Part shown: piece after piece, positions 17,386 through 27,293 of the stretch
How positions within the stretch are numbered: the first letter of the stretch is position 1
Layout: each line of letters starts with the position of its first letter
Assembly: GCA_023128895.1 (NCBI GenBank)
Contig: JAGMDC010000003.1
Span: 219,651 to 283,650, forward strand
Direction of reading: 5' to 3'
Source: Candidatus Parcubacteria bacterium
GTDB taxonomy: Bacteria > Patescibacteriota > Minisyncoccia > Minisyncoccales > JAGMDC01
DNA: 64,000 bases
Position numbers and translations under genes: made by a program
Notes under the pieces: model-generated
Databases searched by the model: none
What the model saw: the letters and a program-made list of their open reading frames with translations, nothing else
Told to the model about the DNA's origin: nothing

Positions 17386-18468
17386 CTAAGCTATTTCACA
17401 ACAGTATTTATTTAAATCTTCTTTGGAATAAAATTTAGGAAGAATCCTGTTATACCATAAATCAAACACTGTCCTTTGGTCTGTTTTTGGCAAAGGTCTG
17501 CCTAACTTTTCTGCTCTTTCAAAATTTAATTTTGCTCCCGGATAATCTATAATTTCTAAAACCTCTACTCTTAAAGGTAAATTTTTGTCTAATTCTTTCA
17601 ATTTTTCAACGAATATGCTTAATTTTTCTTCAATATTATTTTTATAAACTAAAGCAGGCAAATAGACATAAAAATCAGTTCCACGTTGTAAAAACCATTT
17701 TGCTGTTTCAAATTGTCTTTGATAATATTCCGGTTCAGCGCCTGTGAGCAAGGAAAAATCTTCTTTGCAAGTTCCCTTGAAACATCCAACGACACCAACG
17801 TTTTTCTGATTGAATATGTCTTTCAAATTATCTTTTAACGACTCTAAATATTTTACAGTTGAAAGATTTGAATCAATCCAGAGATAAACATCTAAATTTT
17901 GATTTTTTATTTCATTATAAACATCTACAATTATTTCCGGGACGATGGTCGGGTTCCCACCGCTTATTCTTATAACATTCATAGGTTCTTTTGATTTCTG
18001 TTTGGCTGATAAAAAAAATGAAATCATCTCTTTCGCTGAAAAATATCTTCCAAGTTCTGGATTAGCAACATTTATCTGTTTAGGAACATAACAATAATTG
18101 CAATCAAAATCGCAGCCGGAAACTTGGATTGTAAATACTTTACTGTATTCTCTTGGGTCGCCGCCCAATCTATAAGCAGCGGAATAAGAGGGATTTTGAA
18201 GTTCTAATTTTTTAACCTGTCTTATGGGAACCGACCATATATTTTCAACAAGACCTAAAAATTTTGGCGACCAAACTTCTTTCAGGGATGCTGAAAACCA
18301 TTCCTTGTTATCCATATAATCTTTATATCTAAAATAGTCGCTAAGAATTTTATGGGGAACATTGGTCTCTTGGACGCTTGAAGTTATCTTAGTAATTAAA
18401 TATTTCCCATTTTTTATCATCCTACTTCTAACAATCTCAGCTCTTTTTGATGGATTAAAAAAATTCAT
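17386..18468 (-). CDS. radical SAM protein, subfamily unknown
   Basis: GCDFDCNYCYVP (CxxxCxxC) and ISGGNPT motifs. The ~110-aa N-terminal extension has no motif I recognise. Confidence 0.8.
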   Translation of the reverse strand: MNFFNPSKRAEIVRSRMIKNGKYLITKITSSVQETNVPHKILSDYFRYKDYMDNKEWFSASLKEVWSPKFLGLVENIWSVPIRQVKKLELQNPSYSAAYRLGGDPREYSKVFTIQVSGCDFDCNYCYVPKQINVANPELGRYFSAKEMISFFLSAKQKSKEPMNVIRISGGNPTIVPEIIVDVYNEIKNQNLDVYLWIDSNLSTVKYLESLKDNLKDIFNQKNVGVVGCFKGTCKEDFSLLTGAEPEYYQRQFETAKWFLQRGTDFYVYLPALVYKNNIEEKLSIFVEKLKELDKNLPLRVEVLEIIDYPGAKLNFERAEKLGRPLPKTDQRTVFDLWYNRILPKFYSKEDLNKYCCEIA

Positions 18469-18499
18469 ATACCTTATTCTACCAAAAAACCTCCTTTAA

Positions 18500-19195
18500 T
18501 TACTCAAGGTAATTAACTATATAATTAAATTCTTTTTTAGCTTGATTCAAGTCCTTACAAACACTTTCAATGATAATTGGCCTATCTTTGTTTTTCATAA
18601 AATCAATAAACGAGGTTTGCTTGGTCACTATCAATGGATCATGAGATTTTTCATATCCGCTCAAGTGAAAATGACTGATTCTACCCTTAAATTCATCCCA
18701 TAAATCTTCCGCTAATTTTAAAGTAGGATCATTAACATAACAGTGATTGATGTCTAAGGTTACATTATAATCATTTTGAGACATTATTTTTTTCATGCTT
18801 TCTAATGTCCTGCCTATTTTCTTTTTCTCATCCATATTTTCTATTGAAAAAGGCAAATTAAACAACTTTAGAACATTCCAATCTTCAATTACATCTGGAT
18901 GAACAACCACTTCATCAAATTTAAGCTTATTATGAAAACTCTGAACCTTTTTTAAAAATTCAAAATTCTTTGAACTTACTCCGCAAGGCAGATGAAAAGA
19001 AACAAATTTAAAATCCCTTAAATCACTCTGTTTTAACTTATCCATTAAATCAAATCTTTCGACAGGACAATTCAACTCAATGATATCACAACCCATATTT
19101 TTACATATTTGAATCATTTCTTTTGAAGCGGACGGATAAGTATGATACAGAATACCGGTAGAAAAACCAATTAATCTTTTATTATTTAAAATCAT
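18500..19195 (-). CDS. xylose-isomerase-like TIM-barrel protein (sugar-phosphate isomerase/epimerase or AP-endonuclease-2 fold)
   Basis: Metal-ligand pattern FHLP, VVHPD, SIEN, LDINH, HFHLSG. Confidence 0.6.
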   Translation of the reverse strand: MILNNKRLIGFSTGILYHTYPSASKEMIQICKNMGCDIIELNCPVERFDLMDKLKQSDLRDFKFVSFHLPCGVSSKNFEFLKKVQSFHNKLKFDEVVVHPDVIEDWNVLKLFNLPFSIENMDEKKKIGRTLESMKKIMSQNDYNVTLDINHCYVNDPTLKLAEDLWDEFKGRISHFHLSGYEKSHDPLIVTKQTSFIDFMKNKDRPIIIESVCKDLNQAKKEFNYIVNYLE

Positions 19196-19218
19196 ATTTC
19201 TACTTTATACTAATCTGC

Positions 19219-19650
19219 TTAAATTTTGCTTAAATCACTATCAAGAACAACAGGGCTCATAGCCTCTATTTCTTCCTTGTAATTTATATCAGGAATGGGG
19301 TTTAATAAAAATATCTTTTTACCTAAAACATAAGCAAATCCTATTTCTAAAAAGGTATTGCCTCCAATATAATTTTTGATGCCATTTTTATCAAAATTTA
19401 ATACCAAAACTGCATCACTATTTTTTATTCTTTCTATATGTTCATCAATCAATGATTTCTTGAGTTTCAACAAATCTTCTGTGAGATTATTTTTCCTCAT
19501 TGCGTGAAAGTCCTCCATAGATACAGTATTACCGTTTACCCCAATTTCTGGCGACCAGATAAAAACAAGATGGTTTTTTCTTTCTAATTTTTTCTTAATC
19601 TCATAACATTCTTTAGTAAAAACTGCTGATGAACAAATTGTTATTTTCAT
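19219..19650 (-). CDS. nucleoside 2-deoxyribosyltransferase-like protein
   Basis: MKITICSS..., GGNTFLEIGFAYVLGKKIFLL (catalytic Glu context). Start moved to the ATG at 19650. Confidence 0.55.
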   Translation of the reverse strand: MKITICSSAVFTKECYEIKKKLERKNHLVFIWSPEIGVNGNTVSMEDFHAMRKNNLTEDLLKLKKSLIDEHIERIKNSDAVLVLNFDKNGIKNYIGGNTFLEIGFAYVLGKKIFLLNPIPDINYKEEIEAMSPVVLDSDLSKI

Positions 19651-19660
19651 AATTAAAGAT

Positions 19661-20248
19661 TTAAACTTCCTTTTTATAACCGACTTCAAAAAGCATTTCA
19701 ACTATTATTTCTAAAGGAATACCTCTTAAAAGATTGTTATAACTTCCCTCTATTCTTTGAACAAACGTTGAACTGGAATGCCTTAAAGGGTCATACCCTA
19801 AAGCATAAGTATTAAAATAAGGGTCTTCATTAAGATATTTATCAATCTCTTTATCTGAAAGTTTTCTTATAAACACCTCTGTTTTGACAACCCTTGAAAT
19901 TGCTTTATCTAAAGCTGTGTTAATCATATAAATTCCTGTATAAAATTGATGGTTATTTCCAGACAGAGATTGCAGCCGTTGAAATTCCTCTTCTTTTGAT
20001 TTTGGTTTTTCAAGAATTTTATCATTAAAATATCCAACTGAATCCATTCCAATTACAATAGCATCGGAATGATTTTTAGCCACTGCTTCCGCTTTTAATC
20101 TGGAAAGATTTTTTACCAATTCTTCAGGATTATTTCTCTCTGCTTTAGATTCATCTACATTACTTCCTTCCGCTTCAAAATCAATTCCTAAATATACAAA
20201 TGCTTCCTTGCGATATGGAGAAGTTGTAGCTAAAATTAGTTTGGCCAT
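19661..20248 (-). CDS. maf: Maf-like nucleoside triphosphate pyrophosphatase
   Basis: LILATTSPYRKEAF..LGIDF N-terminus and GAYNIQG-like C-terminal region, 195 aa. Confidence 0.8.
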   Translation of the reverse strand: MAKLILATTSPYRKEAFVYLGIDFEAEGSNVDESKAERNNPEELVKNLSRLKAEAVAKNHSDAIVIGMDSVGYFNDKILEKPKSKEEEFQRLQSLSGNNHQFYTGIYMINTALDKAISRVVKTEVFIRKLSDKEIDKYLNEDPYFNTYALGYDPLRHSSSTFVQRIEGSYNNLLRGIPLEIIVEMLFEVGYKKEV

Positions 20249-20351
20249 AATGTTTTATCTTACAAAAAAATTGCCCTCTTGGCAATTTTTGAACGGCCTT
20301 CCCTGCCCGCCAATCGCCGCGCTCAATGGCGGAAAGTCATTTCCCAATTTT

Positions 20352-21029
20352 TTATTTTTTTATAGCTAATACAACACCGTAATACACAGGAATTTTGGCT
20401 GGTCCTTTTAAAAAGGCTCTAATTTTGAAATGTCTGATAATTTGATAGCCAGTATTTTTAAAAATTTCATTTATCTCTTTTTTACTCCTCCGATAAAGTT
20501 TAAATTTTGCGATATTCGGCTGATTCTCAATATAACCGTCCGCGTTGTATTGAACTTTTAATCTTTGAAGTTTATGTTCGGGTAATAATATTTCATAGGT
20601 AAAAATAAAATAACCATTATTTTTTAACAATTTATCTACTTCTTTGATAATTTTTCTTATATTCTTTACAAATTCTAACACACCTACTGCAATTACTACA
20701 TCAAAGAAATTATCTTTTAACCGAAGTCCTGATAATCCTTTACTAATATCATATTTAAAAGTTTTTGCTTCTGGATATTTTTTCCTTACTATTCGCAACA
20801 TTTTATTAGAAATGTCCACGGCATAAATCTTACAATTTTTATTTGTAAAAGATTTTATGCTTTGGCCTGTTCCAACGCCTAAATCTAAAACTGCTGAATT
20901 ATTTTTAACAAATCCAAACTGCGATAGCAATCTATTTGTTTTATTCGGAGCAAACCATTTACCCTTTAGAGTAGCCTCATCGTATTGCTCAGCAAGTTTA
21001 TCGTTATAAAGCTCAATATTTTTCGCCAT
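20352..21029 (-). CDS. class I SAM-dependent methyltransferase
   Basis: VLDLGVGTGQ motif I and DVVIAVGVLEF motif. Confidence 0.8.
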   Translation of the reverse strand: MAKNIELYNDKLAEQYDEATLKGKWFAPNKTNRLLSQFGFVKNNSAVLDLGVGTGQSIKSFTNKNCKIYAVDISNKMLRIVRKKYPEAKTFKYDISKGLSGLRLKDNFFDVVIAVGVLEFVKNIRKIIKEVDKLLKNNGYFIFTYEILLPEHKLQRLKVQYNADGYIENQPNIAKFKLYRRSKKEINEIFKNTGYQIIRHFKIRAFLKGPAKIPVYYGVVLAIKK

Positions 21030-21046
21030 ATTATTTATTATAATGT

Positions 21047-21805
21047 TTATTGCTTAATCTCTATGCCTATTGGACAATGATCTGACATATGAATCTTATT
21101 CAAAATAAAAGCGTCTTTTACCTTGGAAACCATTTTCTCTGACGCAAAAACATAATCTATTCGCCAGCCCAAATTTCTTTCTCTCGCGTTATAAGCATAC
21201 GGCCACCAAGTATAATGTCCGGTTTCTTTATTGAATTTTCTAAAAGTATCCATAAAACCTAAATTAATCAATTTATCTATTTGCTGCCTTTCTTCAGGAG
21301 TAAACATAATATTTTTTTGATTCTGTTTCGGTCTGGCTAAATCAATTTCTTGATGAGCTATATTGAAATCACCGACAAAAATAACATTTTGATTTTTGAT
21401 TTTTTTCAAATAGTTCAAAATTTGTTTATAAGATTCTAATTTATAATCTAAATTTTCTTTTTGGCGGCCGCCATGCGGCAAATAAACATTGATTAAAGTA
21501 AAATTAGAATATTCAAGCTTTATAATTCTGCCCTCTTGGTCAAATCTTTTTAGGCCCAATTTATATTCTGCTTCTTCTGGTTTTTTCTTAGTATATACAG
21601 CCGTGCCAGAATAACCTTTTTTAATCGCTGAATTCAAATGAAAATTATATCCGGGGATTTTAAGCAAATCATCTGAAAATTGTTCTCGCTGAGCTTTTAC
21701 TTCTTGCAAGCAAATAATATCTGCCTCGCTGTCTTTGAGCCATTTCAAAAAACCTCTTCTGTAAGCCGCCCTTATTCCATTAACATTGCAAGATATAATT
21801 TTCAT
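21047..21805 (-). CDS. xth: exodeoxyribonuclease III
   Basis: MKIISCNVNGIRA, LQEVK, GDFNIAH and SDHCPI motifs. Confidence 0.9.
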   Translation of the reverse strand: MKIISCNVNGIRAAYRRGFLKWLKDSEADIICLQEVKAQREQFSDDLLKIPGYNFHLNSAIKKGYSGTAVYTKKKPEEAEYKLGLKRFDQEGRIIKLEYSNFTLINVYLPHGGRQKENLDYKLESYKQILNYLKKIKNQNVIFVGDFNIAHQEIDLARPKQNQKNIMFTPEERQQIDKLINLGFMDTFRKFNKETGHYTWWPYAYNARERNLGWRIDYVFASEKMVSKVKDAFILNKIHMSDHCPIGIEIKQ

Positions 21806-21831
21806 ACAATAAATACCGCGTTCATAAAAAA

Positions 21832-22851
21832 TTATCTGAAGTAATGAAAATATAACCAGATTACCAGAAACACTAAAATGGTTCGCAAAATAAATAATGC
21901 TTTTAAAATCAGACGGTGCCTATCTGCTTTCCAAACAGCATACAAGTTCATAGCGTTTACAAAGAAAAGCGAGCGCCAACAAAATTTCAATGTTTTCCAT
22001 CTGTTAAAATCCTTAGATTCTTCCGGCCAATTATGTTTTAACTTAATGGCTTCGCTGGCAAAATTAAAATTTAATAATTTTTGATAATCAAAATTCAGGG
22101 CTAAATCAATCTCCATAGCCCCAAAGATGTTCCGCTTGTATTTAATCCTTTCCTTCATTCCTTTCTCTATTTCTTTAGCGGCTTTTTTAATGCCTCCGCC
22201 AATTGGCTTATCCAAAAAAAACAGAGTGGATTCCAATGAATAAAGAGCGGCCTTGTCAGCCATTTTTAAGGAAATTTTTGGCGCCAATAAGGCCCCAAAA
22301 AGAGATGCCATGGACAAATGATATGGAATTAAAATGGCCTTGATTTTTTCCCACCAGCTTGCTTCTGCCTGAATTACTTTTCTTATATCCCGCCCCCATA
22401 AAATTTTGCCTTCGCTTTTCATTTTTTTGAAAAGCATAGCTTGGGAAGCCACTAATTTTGCGCCCAGCAACAGATCTTTTCTTTTTATTTCACCGCTGAC
22501 CCAGTCAATATCTTGCGGCCCAAAAACTTCATAAGGCACATAGAGTTTGGTTTTTTTTAAGATCCCCTTAATTATATCTTTTTCATCGCCAACAGAGCAC
22601 GCTTCTCTGAATTTTGTTTCATATTTTTCGTCCAATTCCCAAAATATCTGGTCCGCGTATTTTTTTACATTCTTAATCACATCTGCTCTCTTAACCTGAA
22701 TTATTAAATCCACATCGCTAATCCCTCTTTTCCACTCTCCTCTGCTGGCACTGCCAAAAAGCAGGATAAAATCCAGCTCCTCTTCAAATTTTTCTGCTAA
22801 TTTTCGAGAAAATTCGTCTAAAAATTTTTTAACTCTTTGCTGGTCATCCAT
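21832..22851 (-). CDS. nucleotidyltransferase (MNT/Pol-beta fold) domain protein with helical C-terminal region and terminal TM helix
   Basis: LFGSASRGEWKRGISDVDL motif. Confidence 0.65.
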   Translation of the reverse strand: MDDQQRVKKFLDEFSRKLAEKFEEELDFILLFGSASRGEWKRGISDVDLIIQVKRADVIKNVKKYADQIFWELDEKYETKFREACSVGDEKDIIKGILKKTKLYVPYEVFGPQDIDWVSGEIKRKDLLLGAKLVASQAMLFKKMKSEGKILWGRDIRKVIQAEASWWEKIKAILIPYHLSMASLFGALLAPKISLKMADKAALYSLESTLFFLDKPIGGGIKKAAKEIEKGMKERIKYKRNIFGAMEIDLALNFDYQKLLNFNFASEAIKLKHNWPEESKDFNRWKTLKFCWRSLFFVNAMNLYAVWKADRHRLILKALFILRTILVFLVIWLYFHYFR

Positions 22852-23037
22852 AACTCTTATAATTCTACCAAAAAACCGCCTCTGCGAACAGGGCGATTTT
22901 TGTTTTCCAACTTCCTAACTGGCTCTGTCAGCTGGACGCTGTTAGAACCTATCTGATAAAAATTTTAAAAAAAGTTGCCTACAGCTATATAGCTTTCGGC
23001 TTTGTCTTCCCATATTTTAGTTATGATTTTCTTTATG

Positions 23038-23301
23038 TTAGAAAATCATTCGAATCAGAGCCTGGGCATAAGCTGGAATCAATCCAAGAATAAATAGAAT
23101 TAAGAAAATTGTTCCAGCTCCTGCAGCGAATATCATTCCCAAAAATCCTTCAAAGAAGTTGTCAAAGCTCTCATTGAAATCAAGCTCTTCTTCTTTCTCC
23201 TTTAGTTTCCTTATGAACATTCCTATAACATAGCCATAGCATACTATGGCCAAGACTAACCAAACCCACCAAGTCGATGCAAGAAATTCTATAAATCCCA
23301 T
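23038..23301 (-). CDS. small membrane protein, hypothetical
   Basis: Start set at the ATG at 23301 behind SD GGGAGGTGA. Two TM helices. Behind leader cassette U2. Confidence 0.5.
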   Translation of the reverse strand: MGFIEFLASTWWVWLVLAIVCYGYVIGMFIRKLKEKEEELDFNESFDNFFEGFLGMIFAAGAGTIFLILFILGLIPAYAQALIRMIF

Positions 23302-23371
23302 TTTATCACCTCCCATTTTTTTTATTATGTGCCGTATATTCAAATCTTACTTTTCTAAACAAAAATGTCAA
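23302..23371 (-). promoter_or_regulatory. conserved promoter-leader cassette U2
   Basis: TTGACA-N16-TAAGAT followed by the leader ATACGGCACATAATAAAA. Confidence 0.6.
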
Positions 23372-23469
23372 GCCCGCGCCTCGGGCAAAAAAGTGTGCTC
23401 TACACGCTGAACGCTGTTAGAACCTGTTTGATAGGAAAATTTAGATAAAAAAATATTTGATTATTTATA

Positions 23470-25263
23470 TTATTTATTTTTTCGTTTTACTTTTGTGCGG
23501 TCTGTTTCTTTGAGATATTTTTTTCGCAGCCTTACGCTTTCAGGCGTTACTTCTAGATATTCGTCTTTGTCCATTATCTCTAATCCGGTTTCAATTGTTA
23601 TAATTTGAGGCGGCGTAAGATTAATCGCGTCGTCAGAGCCAGAAGCCCGCATATTAGTAAGATGTTTTCCTTTAATTGGATTTACCGTCATTTGCTCTCC
23701 TTTCGCTGTGTTGCCGATTACCATGCCCTCATACACTTCAGTGTTTTCTTTGATATATAAGGTACCTCTGGTTTGTAAATTATCAAGCGCGTACGCCAAT
23801 GCTTTGCCGGTTGCTCCAGAAATCATAGACCCTACTTTTCTATGCGCGATTTCTCCAGCGTATGGACGGTATCCGACAACCCGGCTTGCCAAAATTCCGT
23901 TTCCTTTCGTGTCTATAACAAATTGGTTTCTATATCCAAATAAACCGCGGCTTGGACCTTCAAACTGCATAAAACAACGGTCTCCTTGCGGCTCTATATG
24001 TACTAATTGCGCTCCGCGAGAACTTAATTTTTCAATAACTGTTCCTTGAAACTCTTTTGGCGCGTCTGCTATAATTTCTTCAAATGGTTCATAATTCTTA
24101 CCGCCAATCTTCTTTATAATCACCTGTGGTTGAGAAACCTGAATCTCATATCCTTCTCTGCGCATGTTTTCAATAAGAATAGCTATATGCAATTCTCCTC
24201 TTCCATACACGACAAATCGTTCAGCGGATTCCGTGTCAAAATCTATTTTTAATCCTACATTTACTTCAAGCTCTTTTTCTAAGCGCTCTCTAAGCTGTCG
24301 GCTTGTCACAAATTTTCCCTCGCGCCCGGCGAACGGAGAGTCGTTCACTAAAAATGTAAGTTCAATGGTAGGTTCGTCCACTGAAATACTTTCGAGCAAT
24401 TCTTCATCCGCGGATTTTGCCAATGTATCTCCAATATATACACCTGGAAGTCCGGCAATTATGGCAATATCGCCAGCTTCAACGGTTTGCGCCTCTTTTC
24501 TGACAATTCCATCAAATGTAAATAGTTTTGTTACCTTATGGCTTGTAGTTTGGTTAGAATGCTTTTTTACATACACAGTATCTCCGACATTAACACTGCC
24601 GCTATACACGCGAACAATCGCGAGCCGCCCCAAAAAATTGTCATATGCCAAATTAAAAGGCTGAGCGCGAAACACATTATCGCTATCTTTTGAAGCAACT
24701 GGCACATGTTTTAGGACTATATCTAACACCGGCGTGATATCTTTTGCCTTATCAGCAAGATTGCGTTTCGCAATACCATTTTTAGCGATAGCGTATACCA
24801 CTGGAAAATCTAACTGCTCATCCGTTGCTCCAAGTTCCGCAAACAATTCAAATACCTGGTTATGCGTACGCTCTGGATTTGCTGCTGGCTTATCAATTTT
24901 GTTAATTACTAGTATCGGACGCAATCCAAGCTCCAATGACTTTTTTAATACAAAACGAGTTTGCGGCATTGGGCCTTCTTGAGCATCCACCACCAACAGC
25001 ACTGAATCAATAGAGCGTAATATTCTTTCTACTTCAGAACCAAAATCCGCGTGCCCTGGCGTATCTATAATGTTAATTTTCGTATTTTTATATAATATGG
25101 CAGCATTCTTTGAGTAAATCGTAATTCCGCGCTCTTTTTCAAGCGTGTTTGAGTCCATACTTACTTCACTATCCGCAGCTCCTGTCTGCTGTAAAATAGC
25201 ATCGGTAAGCGTAGTTTTCCCATGGTCTACATGGGCAATAATAGCTATATTTCGAATTTCCAT
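23470..25263 (-). CDS. typA: translational GTPase TypA/BipA
   Basis: AHVDHGKTT, DTPGHADF and NKID G-motifs. 597 aa with an EF-G-like domain order. Confidence 0.95.
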   Translation of the reverse strand: MEIRNIAIIAHVDHGKTTLTDAILQQTGAADSEVSMDSNTLEKERGITIYSKNAAILYKNTKINIIDTPGHADFGSEVERILRSIDSVLLVVDAQEGPMPQTRFVLKKSLELGLRPILVINKIDKPAANPERTHNQVFELFAELGATDEQLDFPVVYAIAKNGIAKRNLADKAKDITPVLDIVLKHVPVASKDSDNVFRAQPFNLAYDNFLGRLAIVRVYSGSVNVGDTVYVKKHSNQTTSHKVTKLFTFDGIVRKEAQTVEAGDIAIIAGLPGVYIGDTLAKSADEELLESISVDEPTIELTFLVNDSPFAGREGKFVTSRQLRERLEKELEVNVGLKIDFDTESAERFVVYGRGELHIAILIENMRREGYEIQVSQPQVIIKKIGGKNYEPFEEIIADAPKEFQGTVIEKLSSRGAQLVHIEPQGDRCFMQFEGPSRGLFGYRNQFVIDTKGNGILASRVVGYRPYAGEIAHRKVGSMISGATGKALAYALDNLQTRGTLYIKENTEVYEGMVIGNTAKGEQMTVNPIKGKHLTNMRASGSDDAINLTPPQIITIETGLEIMDKDEYLEVTPESVRLRKKYLKETDRTKVKRKNK

Positions 25264-25284
25264 AATAAATTAAATTTAGCAAAA

Positions 25285-25315
25285 TTAAAAAATCTCCTAG
25301 ACAATATAAGGAGAT
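25285..25315 (-). terminator. terminator-like hairpin inside the typA leader (possible attenuator)
   Basis: ATCTCCT-N10-AGGAGAT followed by a T-run, about 25 nt upstream of the typA ATG. Confidence 0.35.
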
Positions 25316-25513
25316 TACTTATTGCGGTTTTGTCTCCCTGCCGAATGACATTGACGGCTTCTCAAATCAAACATTCTTATAATATCATACTTACTCCTAC
25401 TAGTCAAGAATTGCGTTCCATTTGATTGCTCTACCAAAAAACTATCTAACTGATTATAAAAAAAAGTCCAAGAATGGGCTTAATTTTATTTATTTGATTT
25501 ACTGAATTAATTC

Positions 25514-25711
25514 TTAAAGGCGGGTTACGTTTATCGCGTTAGGGCCCTTCGGAGAATTAACTTTTTCGAAAGACACTTTATCACCTACTTTTAACTCTTC
25601 GTAGGTTACGCCTTTAAGTTCGTTGCTGTGAAAAAATAAATCTTTCTCTTCACCATCAACGGTAATAAATCCAAATCCTTTGTCTGTAAGGTTTTTAATT
25701 GTTCCTTCCAT
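25514..25711 (-). CDS. cold-shock protein (CspA family)
   Basis: KGFGFI (RNP1) and LFFH (RNP2-like) motifs, 65 aa. Confidence 0.95.
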   Translation of the reverse strand: MEGTIKNLTDKGFGFITVDGEEKDLFFHSNELKGVTYEELKVGDKVSFEKVNSPKGPNAINVTRL

Positions 25712-26038
25712 AATTGTGATATAAATTAATTAATGTTTTAAGGTTTTATCCCAAAGTTTAGTCCCCTGAATAAACTCGACTAAATTTTAATTAGGCGACT
25801 ATCTTATGTGAATAATATTAACATCTAAGAAATAATTAGTCAACAAAAAAAACCGCCTCTTTGACGAGACGGTTCCGCTTCTCTGCTCCAACACTAGGAC
25901 CCGAACTCTTCTCGGTCTCTATAAGGATAGTCCCCTCTATCTTCTGAACGCCTCACTAACCTGCTCCATATGATAGAGTTTGTTCAAACCCGTCTAACAA
26001 AAATCTAATATCCTTTAATCGAAATTGAAATTACCAGT

Positions 26039-26218
26039 TCATTTTTTAATTATAGCGTTAAAAGGACAAGCTTCTTTGCATTTGCCGCAATTTTGACATT
26101 TTTTTTCATCTATGACCGCTTTGCCATCTTTACCAATTTTAATTGCCCCATAAGGGCAAACTTTAACGCAGGCTCCACAACCAGCGCATTTTGATTTATT
26201 AATCTTAAATTTGCTCAT
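26039..26218 (-). CDS. 2x[4Fe-4S] ferredoxin (59 aa, below ORF-track length cutoff)
   Basis: My translation is MSKFKINKSKCAGCGACVKVCPYGAIKIGKDGKAVIDEKKCQNCGKCKEACPFNAIIKK. It has two CxxCxxCxxxCP motifs. Confidence 0.8.
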   Translation of the reverse strand: MSKFKINKSKCAGCGACVKVCPYGAIKIGKDGKAVIDEKKCQNCGKCKEACPFNAIIKK

Positions 26219-26409
26219 ACTTTTATTAAGTTCATTTTACGAATAAAAAGCAGTGACAATGTCCATCTTCTTTAATTTCTCTTTTATGATAAATACAAGG
26301 ACAGACAATTTTATTATTTTCTTTTTTGGCATATTAAAAAACACATTATTGGTTGTAACCGCCATTTCTACCAATATTTTGATTTATCCAAGGCATAGAT
26401 TTATTTTTT

Positions 26410-27291
26410 TTAACTATTTTTATTTGCGACTTTTTGTTTGATAAATGGACATTGTTCTTTTTTTGCTTTTCCGTCTAAAACCGCTCTAATAAACTCATTA
26501 CAAGATTTAAAACCACATTTTCCGCAGTTTAAGTTAGGAACTAAATTTTTCAATTCCTTGCCGGCTAAGTATCTTTTTTGCGTTTCTTTTTCATCAATTA
26601 TTCTATTTCCGTAACAATAACCGCAGACCGCCGAAGGCATAGAATGTTTTAGTGTTAATTTTTTATCTTTTTCAATATGAGATGATGCTTTTATATATTC
26701 CACGATATCAATGGCTCCTTCTCCTGTAAGTCCGTTTATTTCTGCTATTTTTGCTTTGTGATTAACTTTTAAAACCTTTGCTCTAAAAATTTCTCTTTCT
26801 GCCTGAGAAATTAAATCGCCTTTGCTGACAGCCACAACATCCGCGTCTGTTAAAATTGGACCATAACGAGAAGGGTCTCCAGAGGTGATGTCTAAAACAT
26901 TAATACCCAGACCTTCTTTGATATAAGGAGAGCAACGAAGACATAAGCCGGCGGTTTCCAAAATAATAATATCCTTGTCCTGATTTTCTTTGATTATTTT
27001 AGGAATTTCTAAAGCCGTATAGTGATCAGGGCAAAGTTCTCCTGCCAGTTTTTTAACGGTTGGAATTTTATATTCTTTGGCAATGCGTTCATCATCTAAT
27101 GTCTGTAAACAATCAAACTTAACAAAAAATAATTTAAAATCGTTTTTTAATTCCTGAATTATATACTTAATGATGCTTGTTTTGCCCGAGCCGGGCGTTC
27201 CGGCAAAAATTATAAGTCTCTGCCTCGCCTTCGGCTCGGCAGAGCCTTGATTCGCTAAGGTAGAAATATTTAGTCTTGAATTAAACTTCAT
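26410..27291 (-). CDS. G3E/HypB-UreG-like P-loop NTPase fused to a C-terminal Fe-S-binding (RnfB-N-like) domain
   Basis: GTPGSGKTS, ETAGLCLRCSP and SKGD motifs. The C-terminus has CGKCGFKSCNEF...CPF. Confidence 0.55.
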   Translation of the reverse strand: MKFNSRLNISTLANQGSAEPKARQRLIIFAGTPGSGKTSIIKYIIQELKNDFKLFFVKFDCLQTLDDERIAKEYKIPTVKKLAGELCPDHYTALEIPKIIKENQDKDIIILETAGLCLRCSPYIKEGLGINVLDITSGDPSRYGPILTDADVVAVSKGDLISQAEREIFRAKVLKVNHKAKIAEINGLTGEGAIDIVEYIKASSHIEKDKKLTLKHSMPSAVCGYCYGNRIIDEKETQKRYLAGKELKNLVPNLNCGKCGFKSCNEFIRAVLDGKAKKEQCPFIKQKVANKNS

Positions 27292-27293
27292 AA

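Noticed and set aside
26253-26409. Cys/His-rich frame (...VCPCIYHKREIKEDGHCHCFLFVK*) on the minus strand between the G3E-like gene and the ferredoxin. The plus-strand ORF 26253-26441 was also considered.
   Set aside because: - The Cys/His frame has a stop codon immediately upstream and no ATG/GTG/TTG start.
- The ATG-initiated frame encodes a low-complexity 31-aa peptide.
- The plus-strand ORF is AT-rich low-complexity, overlaps the next gene end and has no SD.
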